A stretch of DNA of 63,143 bases, filler included. It is 4 parts of 4 records of this genome, joined end to end, with 100 filler letters (N's around TTAATTAATTAA, not from the genome) between each part and the next. Parts side by side here need not be neighbours in the genome. Positions count along the whole stretch, not along the records: positions 33,601 to 53,144 come from DRR723986_5250; 3 more parts are not named here. The stretch is one strand, 5' to 3'. The position numbers and the translations under genes are program-made. A model generated the notes under the pieces. The model ran no database searches. It was not told where the DNA came from and was given only the letters and a program-made list of their open reading frames with translations. Numbering within the stretch: the stretch's first letter is position 1; every line of letters begins with the position of its first letter. Positions 41,318-53,244 of the stretch are shown here, in pieces.

Positions 41318-41374
41318 AAGAAAGGCGAAACCTCTGGGGTTCCGCCTCTCTTCATTCTCGACACTCCAAAGCGG

Positions 41375-42700
41375 TTAGCCCTTGGCGCGAATGACCTGCA
41401 GCAAGGGCAGCAATGTTGCCATTTCTGGCCCGCGTTCCTGTCCAGTAAGCGCCTTGCGTAGCGGCATGAACAGGCCCTTGCCTTTACGGCCGGTGGCCTC
41501 TTTCACGGCTTTGGTCCATGTACCCCAAGTATCGCCATCCAACGGCCCCTCGGGCAGCAATGCCATCGCCTCAGCAATGAATGCCTGATCTTCGTCGGCA
41601 ATCATCGGCTCTGCACCGTCGCGGCACAGCTCCCACCATCCGCCAAGATCGTTCAGAGTGGTGATGTTACCACGTGCCATTAGCCAGAATTCTTCGGCCA
41701 ATTCGGCAGGAACACCTACATTAGAAACGGTATCAACCACATCCGCCAAAGACAGAGTTTGCAAATAATGCGCCGTCAGCGGATACAGATCCTGCTCGTC
41801 AAACTTGGTTGGTGCCGCCCCGAAACGGTCAATATCAAAACCATCGACCAGCTCCGCCATGTCTGTACGCAACTCAACCGGATCAGACGAACCAAGACGC
41901 GCCATCAGGCTCAGCAAAGCAAATGGCTGCACACCCGCTTCTCGCAAATCGCGCAAGGCCAATGTCCCCAGACGCTTGGACAATGCCTCGCCCTGCGGAC
42001 CAGTCAGCAACGAGTGATGCGCAAAGTCCGGGCAGGTTCCGCCCAAGGCCTTGATGATCTGGATCTGCGTCGCCGTGTTGGTCACGTGGTCAGATCCACG
42101 CACAACATTGGTCACGCCCATCTCGGTGTCATCAACAACCGACGCAATCGTATACAGCACCTGACCATCGCCACGGATCAGAACCGGGTCAGAAACCGAT
42201 GCCGCATCAATCGAGATATCGCCCAGAACACCATCGTTCCATTCGATCCGCTCGTGATCCAGCTTGAACCGCCAAACGCCATTGCCACGCTCAGCGCGCA
42301 AAGCATCCCGTTCGTCCGACGACAGCTTAAGCGCCGCCCGGTCATACACCGGCGGGTTGCCCATGTTCAGCTGTTTCTTGCGCTTCAGGTCCAGCTCAGT
42401 CGGCGTTTCAAACGCCTCATAAAACCGGCCCATCTCGCGCAGCTTGTCAGCGGCTGCTGCATATTGGTCCAAACGTTCGGATTGGCGTTCGACCTTGTCC
42501 CAATGCAGACCGAGCCATTCAAGGTCTTGCTTGATGGCATCAACATATTCTTCTTTGGACCGCACAGGGTCGGTGTCATCGATCCTAAGGATAAATGTGC
42601 CGCCTGCTTTGCGAGCAATCAGATAGTTCATCAGCGCGGTGCGCAGGTTGCCCACGTGAATATAACCGGTGGGCGACGGGGCAAAACGAGTGGTTGTCAT
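41375..42700 (-). CDS. gltX: Glutamate--tRNA ligase
   Basis: RFAPSPTGYIHVGN, LRIDDTD, LSKR. Confidence 0.95.
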   Translation of the reverse strand: MTTTRFAPSPTGYIHVGNLRTALMNYLIARKAGGTFILRIDDTDPVRSKEEYVDAIKQDLEWLGLHWDKVERQSERLDQYAAAADKLREMGRFYEAFETPTELDLKRKKQLNMGNPPVYDRAALKLSSDERDALRAERGNGVWRFKLDHERIEWNDGVLGDISIDAASVSDPVLIRGDGQVLYTIASVVDDTEMGVTNVVRGSDHVTNTATQIQIIKALGGTCPDFAHHSLLTGPQGEALSKRLGTLALRDLREAGVQPFALLSLMARLGSSDPVELRTDMAELVDGFDIDRFGAAPTKFDEQDLYPLTAHYLQTLSLADVVDTVSNVGVPAELAEEFWLMARGNITTLNDLGGWWELCRDGAEPMIADEDQAFIAEAMALLPEGPLDGDTWGTWTKAVKEATGRKGKGLFMPLRKALTGQERGPEMATLLPLLQVIRAKG

Positions 42701-42903
42701 GGGAGTCTCCTGTTGCGGCGGCACATGTCATATGGGGGGCATTTTGTCCAGCAAAAGGCCCCCGAAACGTCAACAACGGCGCGATCTCCGCTGAATTTCG
42801 GCCCCAACCCCGCTGCTACCGCGCCTTTGTTACAAAAGAAACTGGCCGGCTGACGCTTTCACACTAGTTGCTCTCGGCAGATGCATCAGAGAGGAACCCA
42901 ACC

Positions 42904-43836
42904 ATGACCTTTAACCTGACCCGTCGCGCCGCCCTGACCGGGGCGGCAACCCTTCCTTTGGCCGCAGCAACAAGCCCGCTGTTGGCGGCGGCACACAGCA
43001 GCGGGGTTCACGCCCCTATCGCGCATACCTTTAAGTTGGGCGAGATGAGCGTCACAACATTGCTGGACGGCAGCGCGATGCGCGAGGGGCCAAAACCCAT
43101 GTTTGGCGCTGCGGCAACCGACGAAGAGTTTGCGCAAGTTTCTGAAGATAACTTTATTCCACACGACTCTCTTCAGTTTTACTTCACCCCAACCCTTGTT
43201 GATACCGGATCTGAAAAGATCCTGTTTGACACCGGTCTGGGTCAGGGGGGATTGACCAAAGCGCTAGCGGCCGCCGGTGTCGCGCCCGATGCGATTGACA
43301 CCGTAGTCATCACCCACATGCACCCCGATCACATCGGTGGCTTGATGACAGAGGGCACTCCAACCTTTGCCAACGCCAAATATGTAACGGGATCATCCGA
43401 ATACAATTTCTGGTCCAAAATGGATGCCGGTAATCGGGTCGGTGACATGGTAACCAACCTGGTGAAACCTCTGGCCGAAAAGATGAGCTTTCTGGACGAT
43501 GGCGGCAGTGTTGCATCGGGTGTGACAGCGGTGTCCAGCTTTGGTCATACCCCCGGACACATGTGCTACATGCTAGAAAGCGGTGGACGTCAGTTGATGC
43601 TGACCGCAGACGTCGCCAACCACTATGTCTGGAGCTTTGCCCGCCCGGATTGGTCCTTTAGCTTTGACGCCTCCCCCGAAGACGCCGCCGCCTCGCGCCG
43701 CAAGATCCTAGGTATGCTTGCAGCGGATAAAGTGCCGATGATCGGGTATCATATGCCATTTCCAGCCGCCGGGTTTGTCGAAGGTCGCGGTGACGGGTTC
43801 CGCTATGTGCCGGTCAGCTATCAGATGATGTCGTGA
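42904..43836 (+). CDS. Metallo-beta-lactamase-fold hydrolase (Tat signal)
   Basis: TRRAAL; HMHPDH, GHTPGH. Confidence 0.92.
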   Translation: MTFNLTRRAALTGAATLPLAAATSPLLAAAHSSGVHAPIAHTFKLGEMSVTTLLDGSAMREGPKPMFGAAATDEEFAQVSEDNFIPHDSLQFYFTPTLVDTGSEKILFDTGLGQGGLTKALAAAGVAPDAIDTVVITHMHPDHIGGLMTEGTPTFANAKYVTGSSEYNFWSKMDAGNRVGDMVTNLVKPLAEKMSFLDDGGSVASGVTAVSSFGHTPGHMCYMLESGGRQLMLTADVANHYVWSFARPDWSFSFDASPEDAAASRRKILGMLAADKVPMIGYHMPFPAAGFVEGRGDGFRYVPVSYQMMS

Positions 43837-43852
43837 CCATTCACTGACACGC

Positions 43853-45184
43853 TTAGTATCCCGGGTTCGGCGCAACCCGGGAACCATCGCGAAACCGTGA
43901 AAAGCGGAATTCATGTGGATCTACGATGGGGGTCGTCCCCATCACCAGATCCGCCATCAGCCGCCCTGCCCCGGGTCCGATCCCAAATCCATGCCCTGAA
44001 AACCCCGTCGCAATGAACAGTCCCGGCAAGCTGTCGATTTCGGACATGACAGGAATAGCATCCGGCGTGACGTCAATCATGCCAGCCCACGTCTGGAGTA
44101 TCTTAGCCCCCTGCAAAGCAGGAAAACCAGCACGTGCGGTTTTCCAAGCATTTTGGATCGCCTTTTCTGAGGGCACCGGGTCTAGAATGCGACAGGCCTC
44201 AAAAGGTGTCACATCATCGGGACTCCATTTTCGGCGCTCGGCGGCCTCAACAGACCACCGCTTGGACATCCGGAACCGCAGCGATCTCCATTCTTGTCGA
44301 AACGCAGGTAAAAAAGCCTGTGCCAGCCGAAAACTATCGGGCACCAGATCAACCGTATTTTCATGGCCCGATGCAATGGAATACCCGCCATCCGCCCGCT
44401 TGCGGATCGCAAAGTCATCTGACCACAAAGCAACCTCGGGGCCGTCTTCTACTGGCGACGTGCGCAAAACCGAATTCATGACTTTGAGCTGTGGCAGCTC
44501 GATCCCTGCATTCCCGGCAAACAGCCGCGACCACGCGCCGCCTGCCAACACCACCTGATCACACCTGACCCGGCCGCGTTCTGTCACGACTCCGGTCACC
44601 TTACCTGCTTTGCTTTCAACACTGCGAACCGCGCATTGCGTCAGGATTGTCGCGCCACGATCACGCGCGCCTTCGGCAATCGCCGGGGCTGCCAATTGCG
44701 GCTCCGCCCGTCCATCTTGGGGCATGTGAAACGCGCTCTGCAACGCGACCGCATGCTGAGGAAGCAGCGCTTGCAACTCTGCGCCCGCAGCCATCTGAGC
44801 GCCAGATTGGTAGCCATCCAAATTCTGCGACCAGCGTTCAAGATTGCCTGCCTCGCGCGCATCTGAGGCCCCGAACAAAATGCCTGATTGGGTATATCCG
44901 GTCGTCCGACCGATCCGAGCATCAAGACCCTTCCACAAACGGATGGCCTCGACCATCAAGGGAATTTCGCGCGGATCGCGCATCCCAAGGCGCACCCATC
45001 CCCAGTTTCGTGAACTCTGTTCGGCCCCGATGTCCCCTTTTTCGCACAACAGAACAGATCGTCCGCGCTCGGCCAGCTCTAACGCGGTCGACACGCCGAT
45101 GATCCCCCCACCGATGACAACAACATCAACCTGCGTGGGAACAGTTACATCAGAATGAAACGGGGTGGGTGTAGGTCCGGGCAT
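43853..45184 (-). CDS. FAD-dependent oxidoreductase (DAO family)
   Basis: IGGGIIG, EQSSRNWGW, GFSGHGFG. Confidence 0.92.
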   Translation of the reverse strand: MPGPTPTPFHSDVTVPTQVDVVVIGGGIIGVSTALELAERGRSVLLCEKGDIGAEQSSRNWGWVRLGMRDPREIPLMVEAIRLWKGLDARIGRTTGYTQSGILFGASDAREAGNLERWSQNLDGYQSGAQMAAGAELQALLPQHAVALQSAFHMPQDGRAEPQLAAPAIAEGARDRGATILTQCAVRSVESKAGKVTGVVTERGRVRCDQVVLAGGAWSRLFAGNAGIELPQLKVMNSVLRTSPVEDGPEVALWSDDFAIRKRADGGYSIASGHENTVDLVPDSFRLAQAFLPAFRQEWRSLRFRMSKRWSVEAAERRKWSPDDVTPFEACRILDPVPSEKAIQNAWKTARAGFPALQGAKILQTWAGMIDVTPDAIPVMSEIDSLPGLFIATGFSGHGFGIGPGAGRLMADLVMGTTPIVDPHEFRFSRFRDGSRVAPNPGY

Positions 45185-45223
45185 ATGCGCACCGAACCAC
45201 GAGTTATCAAAGGCGTCCAGCCC

Positions 45224-46882
45224 TTAGTTCGGATCTCGCCATCGGTTCACAATCGGATACCTGCGGTCCAACCAAAAGGCCCGATCCGTCAACCGCGCGC
45301 CGGGGGCCGATTGAAAGCGTTTGTGCTCGCTGATGTAGATCAGATGTTCGATCTGCTTTGCCGTTGCACGATCAAAACCAGCCGCAACGCAATCCGCGAT
45401 AGACCCGTCCTGATCGACAAGAATATTCAAAATCACGTCCAGCTCGGGATAGTCAGGCAAACTGTCGCTGTCTTTCTGATCTTCGCGCAACTCAGCACTT
45501 GGCGGCTTATCGATGACGGATGTGGGGATCACCGTGCCCGCCGGTCCCATCATCCAATTGCGATGATTGGCATTGCGCCACCGGCAGGTTTCAAACACCC
45601 GCGTTTTATACAGGTCTTTGATCGGGTTATACCCGCCCGCCATATCGCCATAGATCGTCGCATACCCCACTGCGACTTCGGATTTATTGCCGGTGGTCAG
45701 CAGCATTTCCCCAAACTTGTTGGAGATCGCCATCAACAAAAGTCCACGCAATCGCGACTGGATGTTTTCCTCAGCCAGCCCCGGTTCATACCCCTCGAAC
45801 AGCGGCGCCAAAGTCTGCGTGATCGCGGCGTGACCGTACGAAATCGGCACCAAATCGTACGAAACACCCAGCGCCTTGGCGACAGCTTCGGCATCGTTCA
45901 GGGAATTTTGCGACGTAAACTCTGAGGGCAACATGACGCACCGCACATTGTCGGCCCCCAAAGCATCCACAGCGATGGTCGCCACAAGCGCCGAATCGAC
46001 ACCGCCAGACAAACCCAACAGAACCTTTTGAAACCCTGCTTTGGCCGCGTAGTCGCGCAAGGACTGCACCATGACGCGGTAATCCTGTTCCCATACATCG
46101 GGATGTGGCGCAATTTCGCCGGGCACAATGCGCCACCCCTCGGGGGCCCGTTCAAGGTCAACATGGCTGACCGTCTCGTCGAACAGTGGCATCCGCAATG
46201 CCAAAGCTCCCCCCGGATTCAGAGCAAAGGTGCCGCCATCAAAAACCTGGTCATCCTGCCCGCCAACCATGTTCAAATAGATCAATGGCAATCCCGTCTC
46301 AACCACGCGGGACACCATCTGATTTAGCCGCGCATCTGCCTTGCCCCGATAATACGGCGACCCGTTCGGGATGAGCAGAAATTCTGCCCCGGTTTCCGCC
46401 TGCGTTTCCACAACGTCTTCGTGCCAGGCGTCCTCACAAATCGGGCTACCGATCCGCACACCGCCAACGACATAGGGTCCACTCATCGGGCCGGATTCGA
46501 ACACGCGGACTTCGTCAAACACAGCTTCATTGGGCAAATGATGCTTTAGAACCTGTGCCGTGATCTGCCCGCCTTGAAGGATGAGATAGGCATTGAACAA
46601 CTTGCCCGCCTCGACCCAAGGCGCACCAATAGCCAAGGCCGGGCCATCAGAACACGCGGCAGCAAGCGCCTGAATTTCGGCCATCGCGGCCTGCTGAAAC
46701 GCAGGTTTGCGGATCAGATCCTGTGTGTTGTATCCGGTAATGAACATCTCGGGCAACGCGACCAGATCGGCCTTTGCCGCGCGCCCTTGCTCCCAAGCCT
46801 CGCGCGCCTTGGCCGCATTTCCTGTCAAATCCCCCACGACCGGGTTCAGTTGCGCCAAAGTAATCCGAAATTGTTCCGCCAT
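45224..46882 (-). CDS. nadE: Glutamine-dependent NAD+ synthetase
   Basis: Nitrilase domain (PE, K, ICED) plus SGGVDS, TGNKSE, PPSAEL. Confidence 0.95.
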   Translation of the reverse strand: MAEQFRITLAQLNPVVGDLTGNAAKAREAWEQGRAAKADLVALPEMFITGYNTQDLIRKPAFQQAAMAEIQALAAACSDGPALAIGAPWVEAGKLFNAYLILQGGQITAQVLKHHLPNEAVFDEVRVFESGPMSGPYVVGGVRIGSPICEDAWHEDVVETQAETGAEFLLIPNGSPYYRGKADARLNQMVSRVVETGLPLIYLNMVGGQDDQVFDGGTFALNPGGALALRMPLFDETVSHVDLERAPEGWRIVPGEIAPHPDVWEQDYRVMVQSLRDYAAKAGFQKVLLGLSGGVDSALVATIAVDALGADNVRCVMLPSEFTSQNSLNDAEAVAKALGVSYDLVPISYGHAAITQTLAPLFEGYEPGLAEENIQSRLRGLLLMAISNKFGEMLLTTGNKSEVAVGYATIYGDMAGGYNPIKDLYKTRVFETCRWRNANHRNWMMGPAGTVIPTSVIDKPPSAELREDQKDSDSLPDYPELDVILNILVDQDGSIADCVAAGFDRATAKQIEHLIYISEHKRFQSAPGARLTDRAFWLDRRYPIVNRWRDPN

Positions 46883-47038
46883 TCTGCCCTCGCACCCTGC
46901 TCTTTCCCATCTCATTTAGCAGATACCCGGCTAAGGAACAGGCAAAGCCATCAAAAGACGTTGCTCCGCGCGCTTACCTGTCCTAATTTTACGTTACCGA
47001 CCGCGATGTTGCGGCAAATTGGGCAGACTGAGGCACTC

Positions 47039-48448
47039 ATGAACAAGATCCGCAAGACGATCGCTGTTGCGTCGACTTTGGCCGTGGCCAGCACCGCGCA
47101 AGCGCAAACCGATCAGGTTCTGACCACTCAGGATGACATTGGCGGCGTATACGAAGGTACGTTTCGCGGTGGCTTGCAGCACGGGACCGGCACATATCGT
47201 TTGCCCAACGGCTATGAATACACCGGCAACTGGACTGACGGAGAGATCAAAGGACGCGGTGTGGCGCGGTTCCCCAATGGCTCGATCTATGAGGGTGAGT
47301 TTTCCAAAGGCAAACCCGAAGGCATCGGCAAGATCACCTTTTCTGACGGCGGCACCTATGACGGTGAATGGGCCAATGGCGTGATCAATGGCCAAGGCAC
47401 GGCGATCTACGCCAACGGCGTTCGATACGAAGGCGGCTTTCAGAACGCGCAGCACCATGGCAAGGGCGTCATGCAAAGCCCCGGCGGATATGTCTATGAC
47501 GGCGATTGGGTCGAAGGTCAAAAGCAAGGCGTCGGTAAGATTTCCTATCCTGACGGGGCGCAGTACGACGGTGAAATTCTAGCCGGTCAGCGCCACGGCG
47601 AAGGTACTCTCGCCCTGCCTGATGGGTTGATCTACGTTGGGTTTTGGGCGGATGGTCAGATCAACGGCACAGGCCGCCTGACCCAAGCCAACGGCGATGT
47701 CTATGAGGGTGAGTTGATTGCAGGTCGCCGCGAAGGCCAAGGGCGCGTGATCTATGCCAACGGTGACATTTACGAAGGGGCCTTTGGCGACGACCGCCGC
47801 GATGGTCAGGGTACGTTCACCGGGACGGACGGCTATCTTTACACCGGAAACTGGGTCGCGGGCCAAATCGAAGGCCAAGGAACAGTCACCTATCCAGACG
47901 GCTCAATCTACACAGGCAGCTTTCGGGCGGATCTGGCGGATGGAACCGGCAAGATCACCTATCCTGATAATTCGAGCTACGAAGGCGAGTGGATCGCCGG
48001 TGTCATCGACGGCACGGGAACAGCGATCTATGCAAACGGTATCGTGTACAAGGGCAGTTTTAAAAACGCCAAGAACCACGGCACGGGCGTCATGACCTAT
48101 GCGGATGGATATCGCTACGAAGGCGATTGGGAGGACGGCCTGCGTCACGGCACGGGCAAAGCCACCTATCCTGATGGGGCCGTATACACTGGTCAATATC
48201 TCAGAGGCCAACGCGAAGGACAGGGTGAAATCGTGATGTCCGACGGATTCAAATACGCAGGCGCGTGGCAAAACGGCAAAATCAGCGGCACGGGTGTCGC
48301 GACCTATGCCAATGGCGATGTATACGAGGGTAATTTCCGCAATGGTAAACGTCAGGGCGAAGGCACTATGCGCTATGCCAGCGGCGAACAGGAAAAAGGC
48401 GATTGGGAAAACGGGGCGCTAAAATCCGACGACCCTTCGGACGGATAA
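47039..48448 (+). CDS. Secreted MORN-repeat protein
   Basis: Signal peptide followed by continuous 23-aa YxGxWxxGxxxGxG repeats. Confidence 0.93.
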   Translation: MNKIRKTIAVASTLAVASTAQAQTDQVLTTQDDIGGVYEGTFRGGLQHGTGTYRLPNGYEYTGNWTDGEIKGRGVARFPNGSIYEGEFSKGKPEGIGKITFSDGGTYDGEWANGVINGQGTAIYANGVRYEGGFQNAQHHGKGVMQSPGGYVYDGDWVEGQKQGVGKISYPDGAQYDGEILAGQRHGEGTLALPDGLIYVGFWADGQINGTGRLTQANGDVYEGELIAGRREGQGRVIYANGDIYEGAFGDDRRDGQGTFTGTDGYLYTGNWVAGQIEGQGTVTYPDGSIYTGSFRADLADGTGKITYPDNSSYEGEWIAGVIDGTGTAIYANGIVYKGSFKNAKNHGTGVMTYADGYRYEGDWEDGLRHGTGKATYPDGAVYTGQYLRGQREGQGEIVMSDGFKYAGAWQNGKISGTGVATYANGDVYEGNFRNGKRQGEGTMRYASGEQEKGDWENGALKSDDPSDG

Positions 48449-48535
48449 ACCCGTCTTTCCCAAACTTGTAATCACTGGGCGGAGATTGAAAATTCGCCCT
48501 TTCCATTCCCACAAACGCATGTATAAATTCGCCCT

Positions 48536-48622
48536 ATGTTGAACCGCGCACATATCATTGCATCGCCCGCTGCCCTGCGCAGCGCAGCTCTGCGCGGCCT
48601 ACTGATCCTAACTCGCCTCTGA
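48536..48622 (+). CDS. Putative leuA leader peptide (28 aa)
   Basis: MLNRAHIIASPAALRSAALRGLLILTRL*; Leu cluster CTA CTG ATC CTA overlapping a hairpin. Confidence 0.72.
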   Translation: MLNRAHIIASPAALRSAALRGLLILTRL

Positions 48623-48651
48623 GCGTGCCATCCGGTGCGTCCGCTCAGAGG
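48616..48651 (+). promoter_or_regulatory. Attenuator-like hairpin in the leuA leader
   Basis: CCTCTGAGCG / CGCTCAGAGG 10-bp stem covering the leader stop codon. Confidence 0.65.
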
Positions 48652-48704
48652 AGATAGCCATCGCACCAAACGGCTTTAGGACAGATACGAAAGTGATCCA
48701 CAAA

Positions 48705-50279
48705 ATGACCAATGCATTTGACCAAGACCGCGTCTTGATCTTTGACACCACGCTCCGTGACGGCGAACAAAGCCCCGGTGCCACGATGACCCATGACGAA
48801 AAGCTCGAAATTGCCGGGCTTTTGGATGAAATGGGCGTCGATATTATCGAAGCTGGCTTCCCCATCGCGTCTGAGGGCGATTTCAACGCCGTATCCGAGA
48901 TCGCGCGCAACTCCAAAAACAGCCGCATCTGTGGCCTTGCGCGCGCGAACTTTGCTGACATCGACCGGTGTTGGGAGGCGGTGAAGCACGCGGAAAAGAA
49001 CCGCATTCACACCTTTATCGGTACCTCGGCCCTGCACCGCGCCATTCCCAACCTCACCATGGATGAGATGGCCGACAAGATCCACGAAACGGTCACCCAC
49101 GCCCGCAACCTGTGCGACAATGTGCAATGGTCGCCGATGGACGCCACCCGGACCGAATGGGACTATCTGTGTCGCGTGATCGAAATCGCCATCAAAGCAG
49201 GCGCAACAACGATCAACATCCCGGACACTGTTGGGTATACCGCCCCTGTGGAATCTGCCGATCTGATCAAGAAATTGATCGAAACCGTTCCCGGCGCGGA
49301 TGAGGTGATTTTTGCCACCCATTGTCACAACGACCTTGGCATGGCGACCGCGAACTCTTTGGCGGCTGTTGCCGGTGGGGCCCGCCAGATCGAATGCACC
49401 ATCAACGGTTTGGGGGAACGCGCAGGCAACACGGCCCTCGAAGAGGTCGTCATGGCCCTCAAGGTGCGCAACGACATTATGCCCTGGCACACTGGCGTGG
49501 ACACCAAAAAGATCATGCACATCTCACGTCGGGTGGCGACCGTGTCCGGTTTCCCAGTGCAGTTCAACAAAGCCATTGTTGGTAAGAATGCCTTTGCTCA
49601 TGAATCTGGCATCCATCAGGACGGCATGCTCAAGAACAAAGAAACGTTCGAGATCATGCGCCCCGAGGACGTGGGCCTGTCTGGCACCTCCCTCCCCCTT
49701 GGCAAGCACTCAGGGCGCGCTGCGTTGCGGGACAAGCTGAACACCCTTGGTCACGAGGTTGGCGACAACCAGCTCAAGGACATCTTTGTGCGCTTCAAAG
49801 ATCTGGCGGACCGCAAGAAAGAGGTGTTCGACGACGACATCGTGGCCTTGATGCGGACCGGTGAGGATGCGGGGAATGACGCCCTGCAGATCGTGTCGAT
49901 GAAAGTTGTCTGCGGCACTGGTGGCCCGGCGGAATCGACCGTTGAGATGGAAATCGACGGCAAAGATGTCATTGCCACCGAACACGGCGATGGACCCGTT
50001 GATGCGACATTCAAGGCGATCCGTGTCCTGCACCCCAACAAGGCGCGGTTGCAGCTGTATCAAGTACATGCGGTCACCGAAGGCACCGATGCTCAGGCAA
50101 CCGTCACTGTCCGTCTGGAAGAAGATGGTGTGATTGCCACCGGTGAATCGGCAGATACAGACACAGTGCTTGCCTCGGCCAAGGCCTATGTCAAAGCGCT
50201 GAACCGGTTGATCGTGCGTCGTGAAAAAACCGGCCCCGGTATTGATACGCGCGAGATCTCTTACAAAGACGCGACCTGA
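48705..50279 (+). CDS. leuA: 2-isopropylmalate synthase
   Basis: FDTTLRDGEQ, HCHND, GERAGN, C-terminal regulatory domain. Confidence 0.97.
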   Translation: MTNAFDQDRVLIFDTTLRDGEQSPGATMTHDEKLEIAGLLDEMGVDIIEAGFPIASEGDFNAVSEIARNSKNSRICGLARANFADIDRCWEAVKHAEKNRIHTFIGTSALHRAIPNLTMDEMADKIHETVTHARNLCDNVQWSPMDATRTEWDYLCRVIEIAIKAGATTINIPDTVGYTAPVESADLIKKLIETVPGADEVIFATHCHNDLGMATANSLAAVAGGARQIECTINGLGERAGNTALEEVVMALKVRNDIMPWHTGVDTKKIMHISRRVATVSGFPVQFNKAIVGKNAFAHESGIHQDGMLKNKETFEIMRPEDVGLSGTSLPLGKHSGRAALRDKLNTLGHEVGDNQLKDIFVRFKDLADRKKEVFDDDIVALMRTGEDAGNDALQIVSMKVVCGTGGPAESTVEMEIDGKDVIATEHGDGPVDATFKAIRVLHPNKARLQLYQVHAVTEGTDAQATVTVRLEEDGVIATGESADTDTVLASAKAYVKALNRLIVRREKTGPGIDTREISYKDAT

Positions 50280-50303
50280 TCGCGGGTCACAGTACAACAA
50301 AAT

Positions 50304-50332
50304 AGGGCGGCCTGATCACAGGCCGCCCTTTT
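50304..50332 (+). terminator. Intrinsic terminator after leuA
   Basis: AGGGCGGCCTG-ATCA-CAGGCCGCCCT followed by TTT. Confidence 0.8.
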
Positions 50333-50352
50333 CGCGTCTCAAGGTGGTGCGA

Positions 50353-50847
50353 TCACCAATAAAACAAACTCAAGTCAACACGGCGCCCTGGCTCGATCAG
50401 CGAATAGTAAAAGACCGGATCACTCTCCAGATCATTCATTCCAGATACAGCGTACCCTTCGGTGGGAACGCCATCTGCGTCATAGTTCAATTGATAATCG
50501 CCATTCTCGTCATGAAAGGCGATGATTGAATAATAGGCATTGTTCAGATCCGGGAAATCCACCCGCTGAGACACTGTTTGGGCCGGAAGTTCGACGTAAC
50601 TGGCCGCGCGCTGGATATCCATCATGTCAAACGGCTCTTGCTGATCAAAAGCCATGACAATCAGATTGCCAGTGTCATTGCGGGCCCCGTGCAGGTTGAT
50701 GACCAGCCCATAGTCGGACTGTGTGCCTGTCGATGACGCCGTTGCCACCGGAATGTCCGTTCTGACTTGCGACGCAACCCAAGCCCCACCGACAAAAAGA
50801 ACCGCGGTGGCAAGGGCTGCGGCGATGCGTTTGGTGTTAGATGGCAT
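50353..50847 (-). CDS. DUF2141-like protein
   Basis: FHDENGD...GVPTEGYAVS; N-terminal TM or signal segment. Confidence 0.8.
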   Translation of the reverse strand: MPSNTKRIAAALATAVLFVGGAWVASQVRTDIPVATASSTGTQSDYGLVINLHGARNDTGNLIVMAFDQQEPFDMMDIQRAASYVELPAQTVSQRVDFPDLNNAYYSIIAFHDENGDYQLNYDADGVPTEGYAVSGMNDLESDPVFYYSLIEPGRRVDLSLFYW

Positions 50848-50865
50848 CTGTTAGGTCCTCAGATC

Positions 50866-51762
50866 TTATTTCACGGATGAAGCGGAGGGTTTTTTCTTTG
50901 GACGCCAACCGGGAGGGCCAAAGATCACCCCCATTTTGTTACCCCACCCCGGCATTTTCCAAACATCCACTGCGAGACGCTGAAACCCATGGAGGAAGGC
51001 GACAAAGGGGTTTACCGAATTGATCGGCGTGACCAGGCCATAGACGACCTCTTCTTTTTCCTCAGCAAAGGTGCCGAACATACGGTCCCAGATGATAAAA
51101 ATCCCGGCATAGTTTTTGTCCAGATACTTGCGGTTGGACCCGTGGTGAACCCGGTGATGCGACGGCGTGTTCATGATCATTTCGATCGGTTTCCACAACT
51201 TGCCCACAACTTCGGTATGCAAGGCGGTCTGATACAGCTGAACCAACAGCTCAACGACCAGTACCAAGAAGGGGTTGAACCCTAACAGGACCAGCGGCAG
51301 GTGAAAAAACAACGGCCAGAACCCATCGAGTGGACCGTGTCGATAAGCCACCGAGATATTGAAAAACGGCGAACTGTGGTGCACCGAGTGCGTTGCCCAG
51401 AGAAAGTTGATCCGGTGCAAAATCCGGTGTTCCCAGTAATAGGCAAGATCCGCAAGAACCAGCACGATCAGGAACGATGCCCAGGTTGTTGGGATGTCAA
51501 ACACCGCAAATTGCGACGCCCAGACATAGGCACCAACATAAAACGCCCCCATAAAGACAAATGTGATCCCGATGAAAAACGCGAGGGTCACAAAGTTGGC
51601 TACAGTGTCCCCTGTCATTTCCCAATTGAGTTTTTTGCCAAGGGCATACCGGATCAGCTCAAACGCAAGAAACGCAAGAGCAAACACAAAGAACCAATCA
51701 TCAACCAAAGTTTCCCAGTGATTGAGTTGAAAATCGCTAATGTGGCGATTCAAGAATTCCAT
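50866..51762 (-). CDS. Sterol desaturase / fatty-acid hydroxylase family protein
   Basis: His boxes HRILH, HSVHH, HHRVHH; NYAGIFIIWDRMFGTF. Confidence 0.92.
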   Translation of the reverse strand: MEFLNRHISDFQLNHWETLVDDWFFVFALAFLAFELIRYALGKKLNWEMTGDTVANFVTLAFFIGITFVFMGAFYVGAYVWASQFAVFDIPTTWASFLIVLVLADLAYYWEHRILHRINFLWATHSVHHSSPFFNISVAYRHGPLDGFWPLFFHLPLVLLGFNPFLVLVVELLVQLYQTALHTEVVGKLWKPIEMIMNTPSHHRVHHGSNRKYLDKNYAGIFIIWDRMFGTFAEEKEEVVYGLVTPINSVNPFVAFLHGFQRLAVDVWKMPGWGNKMGVIFGPPGWRPKKKPSASSVK

Positions 51763-51953
51763 CTGGACCTCACTTATCAGAAGTTTACTGTCTATTGTGA
51801 CAGGCTATATAGCAACCCTTCCGCAAAATGCAACGACAGTGGGAAAAATTAGTTATCCCCCTCGGGCCACACGATGCGATGGTACGCTAACATACGGCAC
51901 AGACCCCAAAAACAGCCCGGAATTGCGATTTCTTGCGTTCTCTGAGGCCCTGA

Positions 51954-53141
<1,188 letters not shown>

Positions 53142-53144
53142 GGC

Positions 53145-53244
53145 NNNNNNNNNNNNNNNNNNNNNNNNNNNNNNNNNNNNNNNNNNNNTTAATTAATTAA
53201 NNNNNNNNNNNNNNNNNNNNNNNNNNNNNNNNNNNNNNNNNNNN
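53145..53244. other. Artificial contig linker
   Basis: N44-TTAATTAATTAA-N44. Confidence 0.99.

Noticed and set aside
47039-48448. 69-bp DNA periodicity as a non-coding array
   Set aside because: Fully explained by MORN protein repeats
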